Virus genome (UHGV): UHGV-0021788
Strand: one strand, 5' to 3'
Source: a virus
Length of the DNA stretch: 64,000 nt
How positions within the stretch are numbered: the first letter of the stretch is position 1; the number at the start of each line of letters is the position of its first letter. The notes under the pieces are model-generated. The model did no database searches. It was not told the DNA's origin and saw nothing but the letters and a program-made list of their open reading frames with translations. A program made the translations under genes and the position numbers. Below, in pieces: positions 1-9,100 of this stretch.

Positions 1-3000
1 TTATACGTTTGAAGCAATAAGTACTGCTTATACTTATGTAAAAGTTTATAAAGGATTATTAGAAGTTACTTCATTTAATTTAGAGAGAATAGATGATGGT
101 TGTACTTCTGTTTATAGTAATGGAACAAGAAGATTAGATGTAACTTCATTGTCTAAAAATATAGCTACTGTTACATTAAATATAACAGTAGATGGAAATA
201 CCTTCCAAAAAGTAATGACTATAACTAAATCAATTAAAGGAGAAAAAGGCGAAGAAGGTACAGGTGTTAATATAATTGGTAAACTAGAAAATAAAGACCA
301 ATTACCTACAACTGGTAAACCTGGAGATGCTTATGTTATAGATGGTTTATTATATGTTTGGTTAGAAGAAAATAATGGTTGGTCAGATGGTGTACCTTTT
401 AGAGGAGAACAAGGTATCCCAGGTAAAAATGGTACTGACGGAAGAACCACTTATTTACATATAAAGTACAGTAACGATGGTAAAACATTTACAGATAATA
501 ATGGAGAAGACACTGGAGATTGGATAGGACAATATACAGATTACATTGAAACTGATTCAACTAATTTTGCTGATTATAAATGGAAAAAGATAAAAGGTGA
601 AGATGGAGAAAAAGGTATAGTTGCAAACTTAACTAATGATACTCATATAGTGCCTATTGAATCCGATGGTACTTTTGGAGAGGATTCTTTTAAAGGTTGT
701 TCTACTAAGATAACTTTATCTTATGTTGGACAAGAATTAATCAATGGAGTTTCATATAGTGCTAAACCTAATAGCGATATAGAAGGTACTTTAGATACAA
801 AAACAGGGACTTATACAGTTACAAATTGGACAGGAGAAGCAAAAGGTACTTATGTTGATTTAATAGCTATTTATGATGGAGTATCATATACAAAAAGATT
901 TACAATTAACAGAGCAAAAAATCCTTTAGATGCATATACTGTTGTATTAACAAATGAAGCACATATATTTCCTGGTGATATATCTAATGCTTTGGCAAGT
1001 TTTACTACTTGTGATGTCTTAGTATATAGAGGAGACCAATTAGTTAAGGCTACTATTGGAACAATAGAAAATATACCTAAAGGAATGACAATCACTATTG
1101 ATAATAACAATACAATTACTCCTACTTTGAATATAAATGTTAATACTAATTTAACTGAAAATGGTGAATTAAGTATACCTATTACAGTTGGATTATTAAA
1201 GTTTACTAAAACATTTACTTATTCAATATCTTTTAAAGGTATGCAAGGAATTCCAGGTACTCCTGGTAAAGATGGTAAAGATGGGAATTCAGTAAGAGTA
1301 TTGGGAAGATATGATAGTAAAGAACAATTAGATTCTGCTCATCCTACTGGAAATGAAAATGGTGACGGGTATATAATTGATAAAGATTTATGGGTATGGA
1401 CAGAAAATCAGTTTATAAATGTTGGTCAATTCCAAGGTGAAGATGGTACTTCTACATATGTACACATTAGATATTCTAATGATGGAGTAACTTTTACTGG
1501 TAGTAATGGTGAAGAAGTTGGTACTTGGATGGGTATGTATGTAGATAATATTGAAGAAGATTCAACAGTATTTTCAAAATATAAATGGAAAAAAATAGAA
1601 GGTTCGGATGCTAAATTATTATCATTATCTGCAAGTAGACAAACAATAGCTTTTAATAGTGATAATACATTAAAAGATAATGCTGAAATAGTATTAACAG
1701 CTAATCAACAAAATTTTAATGATACTATAACATGGTCTACTTCACCAAATGTAGAATTAGGTAGTAGTGGTAATAATAGAACATTGAATCCAACAATATT
1801 TACAAATAATAATCAAATAAAGATAACAGTAACCGGTGGAGGTTTAACTGATAGTATTACAATAGTAAAAGTATTAGATGGACAAAAAGGTTCAGATGGT
1901 ACTTCAGTTAAAATATTAGATTCTTATAATAGTAAAGAAGAATTAGACCAAGCTCATCCTACTGGAAATGAAAATGGTGACGGATATATAATTGACAAAG
2001 ATTTATGGGTATGGAATGGTAATGAATTTATAAATGTTGGTCAAATAAAAGGAAATGATGGACAAAACGGTCAAGATGGTCTAAACGGTACTTCAGCTTA
2101 TGTACATATAAAATATTCTAATGATGGTGGTATAACATTCACTAATAATAATGGTGAAGATACTGGGGATTATATGGGTGTATATACAGATGAGATTGAA
2201 GCAGACAGTACAAATCCTTCTGATTACAATTGGAGCTTGACTAAAGGTAATGATGGTTGGGATGCTTATACTGTTATATTAACAAATGAATCTCATACAT
2301 TTGCAGGTAATTCATCAACTGCCCTAGTTGGTTCTGCAAACTGTGGTATTATAGGTTATAAAGGTGGTACTCAAGTAGCTACAACAATAGGCAATATTAC
2401 AGGAATGCCAAAAGGTATGAGTGTATCAATAACAAATAACGGCACAACAAATGCTTATTTTATAGTTACAGTAGCTAATAGTATGTCAACAAGAAATGGT
2501 ACATTAACAATTCCTATTACAATTGATGGAATAACATTTACAAAAAGATTTACTTATGCTTTATCATTAAATGGTGAAAATGGTACAGATGGTACTAATG
2601 GTTCAGATGCCAGATTGTTATCATTATCAGCAAATAGACAAGCGATAGCATTTGATAAAAATAATTCTCCTAAAGATTCAACAGTTATAACTCTAACTGC
2701 TAATCAACAAAATTATAACGATACTATAACATGGTCTACAAGTCCAAATGTTACTTTAAGTGGAGATGGAAACACAAGAACTTTATCGGTTAATAACTTT
2801 ACTAATAATTTAAAAATATCTATTACTATTAAAGCAGGTGACTTAAGTGATACCATAACATTAGTTAAAGTAATAGATGGTGTAGATGGTATAGATGGTT
2901 CTGACGGAACTGATGGTGTAGATGGATGTACTATTAACTTAACTAATGACAATCATAGTTTCGTAGCTAATGCAGAAGGACAAATTGAAATGCAACAAGC

Positions 3001-4009
3001 TGTTACTACAACAGTTATAGCCTATAAAGGTAGTGAGATTGTAACTCCTAGTTTTGGTACAATGCCAACTGTTAATGGTTTAAAAATCACAAGAGATGGA
3101 TTAACTATAACGGTAGTTGCTTTGGTTGGAAGTACGCTTGCTTCAAATGGCTCATTTAATATTCCTGTAATAATTGATGGAATAACTTTTAATAAAGCAT
3201 TTAGTTATAGTAAAGTAAAATGCGGTGATGACGGAGCAGATGGATATACTATAATATTAACTAATGAAAATCATACTTTCCCTTGTGAAAATAATGGAAA
3301 TATCGAAACAGCTATTACTACAACAACACAAGTAAAAGTTTATCAAGGTACTAAAGAAATAACACCTACTATTGGTACTTTACCTACTGTAGATGGATTA
3401 ACATTGAGTAAAAGTGGAACAACAATAACTATTACTGCTACAACAGGTAATAAATTGGCTTCATCTGGTAGTTTTAGTGTTCCGATTGTAATTAATGATG
3501 TTACTTATTATAAAGTATTTAGTTGGGCTAAAGCATTTAAAGGTAACGCAGGACAAGATGGTAAAGCAGATTTACCAACTTGGATTACAGAATGGGATAC
3601 TGGTAAAACTACAATTAATGGTTCAACTGTATTAACTCCTAAAATCTTTGCAGGTACAGTTAGTAATGGATTGCCAACTGGTGTTGCTATGGGTAAAAAT
3701 GTATTTGGAACTAGTGGTAGTTATAGTGGTGTTAATGGTATAGTTGGATATAAGAGTGGTACTAAAACTTATGAATTCAACACTAATGGAGAAGTATTAA
3801 TAGGTAATAAAAATGCTTCACATATTAGTTGGGATGGTAGTAATTTAGAAATAGTAAGTGGTAGTAGTCCAGTTGCCAGTAAAGATGATGTTGACAAAGT
3901 AAATCAAAAAATTAATGAAATTAAAGAAAACGTAGATGATTACACAATAGTTATAACTAAGGATACAATAGTAACTAAATGTGATATAAATGGAAACATA
4001 ATAGATTAA
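1..4009 (+). CDS. Tail fibre protein with collagen-like Gly-X-Y tracts and repeated 'YLHIKYSNDG...DYKWKKI' modules. It is 5'-partial: the frame is open from nt 2, and the ORF track starts at an internal TTG at 149.
   Basis: GEKGEEGTG, GEQGIPGKNGTDG and GMQGIPGTPGKDGKDG tracts. Three copies of a ~110-aa module and four copies of a 'DAYTVVLTNEAHIFPGD...' module. No stop upstream in frame. Confidence 0.6.
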   Translation, partial: YTFEAISTAYTYVKVYKGLLEVTSFNLERIDDGCTSVYSNGTRRLDVTSLSKNIATVTLNITVDGNTFQKVMTITKSIKGEKGEEGTGVNIIGKLENKDQLPTTGKPGDAYVIDGLLYVWLEENNGWSDGVPFRGEQGIPGKNGTDGRTTYLHIKYSNDGKTFTDNNGEDTGDWIGQYTDYIETDSTNFADYKWKKIKGEDGEKGIVANLTNDTHIVPIESDGTFGEDSFKGCSTKITLSYVGQELINGVSYSAKPNSDIEGTLDTKTGTYTVTNWTGEAKGTYVDLIAIYDGVSYTKRFTINRAKNPLDAYTVVLTNEAHIFPGDISNALASFTTCDVLVYRGDQLVKATIGTIENIPKGMTITIDNNNTITPTLNINVNTNLTENGELSIPITVGLLKFTKTFTYSISFKGMQGIPGTPGKDGKDGNSVRVLGRYDSKEQLDSAHPTGNENGDGYIIDKDLWVWTENQFINVGQFQGEDGTSTYVHIRYSNDGVTFTGSNGEEVGTWMGMYVDNIEEDSTVFSKYKWKKIEGSDAKLLSLSASRQTIAFNSDNTLKDNAEIVLTANQQNFNDTITWSTSPNVELGSSGNNRTLNPTIFTNNNQIKITVTGGGLTDSITIVKVLDGQKGSDGTSVKILDSYNSKEELDQAHPTGNENGDGYIIDKDLWVWNGNEFINVGQIKGNDGQNGQDGLNGTSAYVHIKYSNDGGITFTNNNGEDTGDYMGVYTDEIEADSTNPSDYNWSLTKGNDGWDAYTVILTNESHTFAGNSSTALVGSANCGIIGYKGGTQVATTIGNITGMPKGMSVSITNNGTTNAYFIVTVANSMSTRNGTLTIPITIDGITFTKRFTYALSLNGENGTDGTNGSDARLLSLSANRQAIAFDKNNSPKDSTVITLTANQQNYNDTITWSTSPNVTLSGDGNTRTLSVNNFTNNLKISITIKAGDLSDTITLVKVIDGVDGIDGSDGTDGVDGCTINLTNDNHSFVANAEGQIEMQQAVTTTVIAYKGSEIVTPSFGTMPTVNGLKITRDGLTITVVALVGSTLASNGSFNIPVIIDGITFNKAFSYSKVKCGDDGADGYTIILTNENHTFPCENNGNIETAITTTTQVKVYQGTKEITPTIGTLPTVDGLTLSKSGTTITITATTGNKLASSGSFSVPIVINDVTYYKVFSWAKAFKGNAGQDGKADLPTWITEWDTGKTTINGSTVLTPKIFAGTVSNGLPTGVAMGKNVFGTSGSYSGVNGIVGYKSGTKTYEFNTNGEVLIGNKNASHISWDGSNLEIVSGSSPVASKDDVDKVNQKINEIKENVDDYTIVITKDTIVTKCDINGNIID

Positions 4010-4022
4010 GGAAGGTGATATA

Positions 4023-6098
4023 ATGGCAAATCTTTCAATTATTGGTAGTCCTTCGACTACCAATAATAACCTTATAGTTAGTTATAGTACGGATATTTCA
4101 GATATCACTAATATAGAAATTAGTAATAATGGAAGCAATTATATAAGTGCCACAACTTTTTCAAATAGTTCTGCAACCTTTGATGTATCTAGTTGGAAAA
4201 ATGGTACTTATAATTCATGTACTTTAAGGGTTACATATGGTAAAACTGGAGAAGAAACTCAGTTACTTATTAATAATATAGGAAATATAACACAAACAGT
4301 AGGAAATTCATTTTATATAAAATATAGCACAAATAAAGCAGTAACAAAACATGAAGTTTCATGGGATGGTGGAAGCACGTTCCACGATAAAACAAGTGAT
4401 GTAACTTCTAGTGGTAATAATTATTCTTTTAAACACGATGATAAAGCTAGTGCTGGAACTTATAGGATGGCTATAAGGGTAACTACTTCAAGTGGAGAAA
4501 CTAAAACAAGTAATATATTTACAGTAACTATAACTTCAGGAGTGTCAGTAGATACTTATTATACTGTTAAATATAACTTAAATAATGCTAGTAGTTCTAA
4601 TACAAATACAACTGTTAAAAAAGGTTCTAGTTATTCTACTACCATTTCTCCTGCAAGTAACTATAGAATAAAAACAATATATTGCGTAATGGGTGGTACT
4701 GATATAAGTAGTTCAACTGTTAGTGGTAATAATATTAATATACCTAATGTTACAGGCGAAATCAATATTACTGTTACAACAGAAGCAATTTCAAGTGGAG
4801 GCACAGATACTTATTATCCTGTTAATTATCATTTACATAATGCTACTAGTACCAACTCAGCTACTTCAATTAAAAAAGGTTCTAGTTACTCTACTACCGT
4901 TGCTCCTGAAAATGGTTATAGAATAACTAAGATATACTGTGTAATGAATGGTGATGACATAAGTGATTCAACAGTTAGTGGTAACAATGTCTACATAGGT
5001 AATGTTATAGGAGAAATTCATGTTACTGTATATACAGAAGCAATTTCTGGTACTAAGATTTATACAGTAACTAGAAATGTAACTAATTGTACATCAACAG
5101 GAAGTGATACTTTAGATACTTCAATAACTACAACATTCCAAAGTGTAGTTGCACCTAATGATGGATGTGTATTAAAAACTTTAACTGTAAGTATGGGTGG
5201 AGTTGACTATACTAATGGTCTTGATGTTATAACGGATATGGAATGGAATGGAAAACCTGCCAAACTAATAACTATTAAAAACGTAAATGGTAATATAGTT
5301 ATTAATGCAGTTGCTGAAAAAGAAAGCACTAAACCTGATATACCTGATACACCAATTGTAGATGATACTTTAGAAATATTACCTTCATGTACATATGTTG
5401 ATATTGCTGAAGGTGGAAGTAAAACAATATACTTTAAATTATCAAATAAACCTACATCAAGTACAACTATAAATATTTCTTCATCATCTTCTTATTTAAC
5501 ACTTTCTACAAGTCAATTAACTTTTACTGCTAATAATTATCATATTGCTCAATCTGTAAATGTAACTTCTATTAGTGATAACAATAAAACTGATGATATA
5601 TATAATATAACCGTATCAGCAAATGGCTTAACAAGTAAAACAATAACAGTAGATGTTATAGATAGTGCTAATAGTAATTTTGAAGTAATTTATGACAATG
5701 GTACTTTAGTGAACGGAGCTTCATTCTCATTAAGTAATGCGGTTAACAATGGAACTTATATAAGTACTAATCAAAGTCAAGATGTTAGTGTTGGTATAAG
5801 CAATCATCCATTAAGTCTTAATAAAAATGATAAAGTACATGTAGTTTTAGGATTAGGAACAAGTGACCCATCATCAATTTATTCTTTACGTAGTTTAATT
5901 TTAGGCGATGGTTCTGCTAATAATATAAGTAATTCTAATATGATTAATGAAGTGCAAATAAATGAAGCGTTATCAAGCGATGGTAAAGTAGATACTTACT
6001 GGACTATTGCTGGTAATTTATCAAATATAACTTTAACATTCACATGTTATTTCGCACGAGTTAATATTTATAAAATTTATATAGAAAGAGGGAAATAA
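4023..6098 (+). CDS. Tail/host-recognition protein with tandem Ig-like beta-sandwich repeats. Shares modules with the next gene.
   Basis: RBS GGAAGGTGATATAATGG. Duplicated ~80-aa repeat 'TYYTVKYNLNNASSSNT...ITVTTEAIS' and module 'FYIKYSTNKAVTKHEVSWDGG...' also present in ORF 6101. Confidence 0.5.
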   Translation: MANLSIIGSPSTTNNNLIVSYSTDISDITNIEISNNGSNYISATTFSNSSATFDVSSWKNGTYNSCTLRVTYGKTGEETQLLINNIGNITQTVGNSFYIKYSTNKAVTKHEVSWDGGSTFHDKTSDVTSSGNNYSFKHDDKASAGTYRMAIRVTTSSGETKTSNIFTVTITSGVSVDTYYTVKYNLNNASSSNTNTTVKKGSSYSTTISPASNYRIKTIYCVMGGTDISSSTVSGNNINIPNVTGEINITVTTEAISSGGTDTYYPVNYHLHNATSTNSATSIKKGSSYSTTVAPENGYRITKIYCVMNGDDISDSTVSGNNVYIGNVIGEIHVTVYTEAISGTKIYTVTRNVTNCTSTGSDTLDTSITTTFQSVVAPNDGCVLKTLTVSMGGVDYTNGLDVITDMEWNGKPAKLITIKNVNGNIVINAVAEKESTKPDIPDTPIVDDTLEILPSCTYVDIAEGGSKTIYFKLSNKPTSSTTINISSSSSYLTLSTSQLTFTANNYHIAQSVNVTSISDNNKTDDIYNITVSANGLTSKTITVDVIDSANSNFEVIYDNGTLVNGASFSLSNAVNNGTYISTNQSQDVSVGISNHPLSLNKNDKVHVVLGLGTSDPSSIYSLRSLILGDGSANNISNSNMINEVQINEALSSDGKVDTYWTIAGNLSNITLTFTCYFARVNIYKIYIERGK
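4300..4530 (+). repeat. ~230-bp module ('FYIKYSTNKAVTKHEVSWDGG...IRVTTSSGETKTSNIFTVT') present here and twice in ORF 6101 (~7930-8160, ~9375-9600).
   Basis: Protein-level identity ~75-85% between the three copies. Confidence 0.6.
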
Positions 6099-6100
6099 GT

Positions 6101-9100
6101 ATGGCGAATACAATAAATTCTACTAACAATCTCACATCCACAAAAATACCTGAATTATATATTAGATATTTCAATCCTAAACAAAAAGTTAATGAAACGA
6201 TAAGCATTAAATATTATGTATCTGATAGCACTCAAGCTGAGTATTTGAATAAAGATGATAGTAAAACTTTTACAACTATTGTTAAAATAAAAGATAAAAC
6301 ATATAATAAAACTACTAAAGCAGGAGAATATTCAATAGATATAGGTTCGATTGCTAATACTGGAGAAACTTATTTTAGTATTTATACTATAGATGATAAT
6401 GGAGTAGCAAGTATTGAACAATTTTTTGATATACTAATAGTTAATGATTCATACAATCAAGTGAATAATTATAATATGACAACTGCTGATTTATCTACAT
6501 ATAATATTACTGTTGGTGAAACTGCTAGCATAGCACAAGCTAAGACAAATAATACAGGATTGAATAACTTATTTAAAGCAGTTAAAAATAATGGTCATAA
6601 TAAGATTACTATGTTAAATAAAGTTTATATGTTAGATTATCATTCTGATAAAGTAGTTTTACCTGATAATTTCACAGTAGATATGAATGGAGCAACATTT
6701 AAAGCAACTCAATGTAATGATATTAACGTATCAAATTTAGTAGATTTAAAAGATTGTTTTGATTCTCATGTTAAAAATGGTAAATTAATTGGCAATTATG
6801 ATGGATTTGATTTCGAAGCAACAAAGACTAATACAAATTATAATATACCTGGTGAAGGATTAGCAGTTGCAGAAATTAATGGGGCAAGATATTCATCTTT
6901 TGAAGATATGGAAATGGGATATTCAGTTGGATACAATTTAGGTGTATTTGGTGGTAAACTAGCTGGATATGTAGGAACTCCTGGTCAATTAGCCTTCCCA
7001 AATGCATATTATATAAATGACCAAGGTAATACAGTTAGTAGTTCCACTATGAGTACAACAGAATTAATTGATATTTCAACATTATTAGATAGAGGTGAGA
7101 TACAATGTAATGTGTACTTAGGATATGGAGGATTAGCTTTAAACAAAGCAGAATTGTTTTTTCATTTTTATGATAGTCATTCTGCATATAAGACAACAAT
7201 AAAAACAAGACAGTATCAAGTAGTTAAAATACCAAGTGGTTCAAAATCTATGAGAATTACTGGTTTCACTTCAACTACAACATCATCAGGTATGACAATA
7301 TGTCATACAGGTGGTGCTACAAATTGTGAATTAATTAATATAAAATCACATAATACAAGAACATGTGCAATGCACCCTGGTATATACAATCATTTACTTA
7401 TAAAGAATTGTTCGTTTAACTATGTTGCTGACGAGAACGAATACAAAGTAACAAAATTAGCGTTAGATTTTGAAGATGGATATGAGAACGGTAAAAATTT
7501 ATTTTTCATAAATAATGAAGTTTATAATGGAACATCTGCTCTAACAATTCAAAGAGCTTTCAATAGTAATGTTATTAATTGTAGAAACTTTGGATTAGAC
7601 ATTAGAGGGCATATAAAAGGTGGTCTTTTTAAAAATAATTTCTTTAATGATGGAAGTATTTATACAACTAGTTTTGAATCTCAATCACACATTAAATTAC
7701 ACAATAATACATTTTTAAAAGTATTGAAATTTTTAAAATGGGATGATAAGGGAGATTATAGTACAATAGGTTTAACTAAGTTAGACTGTAAACAAAGTTA
7801 TCAAAATAATTCTAATATCAATGTAATAATTGATAAAGCAGTTGAAAGTAGTGGTAGTAGTGGAGGAGGAACTACTCCAACTGCATTAACTATAAGCAAT
7901 ATTTCAAATATTACACAAACTGCTAACACAGAATTTTATATTCAATATTCAACAAATAAAGCAGTAGTAAAACATGAAGTCTCATGGGACGGAGGAAATA
8001 TGTTCTATGATAAAACAAGCGATGTAACTTCTAGTGGAACAAGTTACAAGTTTAAACATGATAGCTCAGGTAATGCGGGAACTTATAGAATGGCTATAAG
8101 AGTTACTACTTCAAGTGGAGAAACCGTAACAAGTAATATATTTACTGTCACTTTAGAGAGTAAACCTGAAAGCGGTACTATAGGAAACATGACATATGGA
8201 AAAGGTATAGACTCAACTACTCACCTTATAAAAGACGATGCAGTGTGTTGGGCAACAGTTAATCCAGTAACAGTAGAACAAGGTGCTACTTACACATTAC
8301 AAATGGATGCTACATGGGTATGGGCATTTGCTTACGATGATAATGATAACTTTGTTAAAGATTTGTTTGATACATCAGGTGATAATAATGTTAAGTATAC
8401 ATTCACTGCACCTACAAATAAAATAAGATATAGATGTTATGACCCTAATAAGTATTTAACATATTGTAATTTAACTAAAATAAGTAGTGGAAGTACAGAT
8501 ACTTATTATACAATCAGATATTATTTACATGACTCTACTAGTTCTAACACAAGTACTTCTATCAAAAAGGGTTCTAGTTATTCTACAACTATCACTCCTA
8601 AAAATGGTTATAGAGTAAATTCGATATCTTGTATGATGGGTGGTAATGATGTAAGTAATTCGGTCGTTAGTGGTACTGCTGTTAATATACCTAATGTTAC
8701 AGGTGATGTTTCTGTTCTTGTAGATACTGAAGCGATTGGTGATACAAATACTTACTATACAGTTCATTATCATTTATCTGATTCTAGTAGTACTAATTTA
8801 ACTACATCTGTTAAAGAAGGTTTTAGTTATTCTACTACTATTATTCCTAATGATGGATATAGAATAAAAACAATATATTGTATAATGGGCGGTACTGATA
8901 TAAGTAGTTCAACAGTTAGTGATAATAAGGTTAAAATATCTAATGTTACTGGTGAAATTTATATTACTGTTATAACGGAAGCAATTTCTACACCAGAACC
9001 TGGCACTATAGGTAATATGACTTATGGAAAAGGTATAAATCAAAGTACTCATGTTATAACTGATAATACTGAATGTTGGGCAACAGTTAAGGCAATAACA

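Noticed and set aside
871-1110. Short antisense or overlapping ORFs in the six-frame track (871..1110-, 2713..2952-, 3845..4063-, 4723..4926+, 8525..8773-, 10364..10552-, 12747..12929-, 13797..13979-, 14043..14273-, 14492..14809-, 16097..16381-, 16210..16629+, 21324..21524-, 25364..25564-, 30569..30766-, 31101..31404-, 32080..32274-, 35255..35473-, 36300..36536-, 38379..38564+, 39174..39548+, 40554..41671+, 42853..43273+, 49755..49982+, 52233..52442+, 53252..53473+, 54564..54997+, 55456..55656+, 57139..57420+, 59181..59504+, 60627..60905+, 61621..61836+).
   Set aside because: All lie inside longer, motif-bearing CDSs on the other strand or frame, lack RBSs, and have low-complexity AT-codon composition typical of spurious ORFs in AT-rich DNA.
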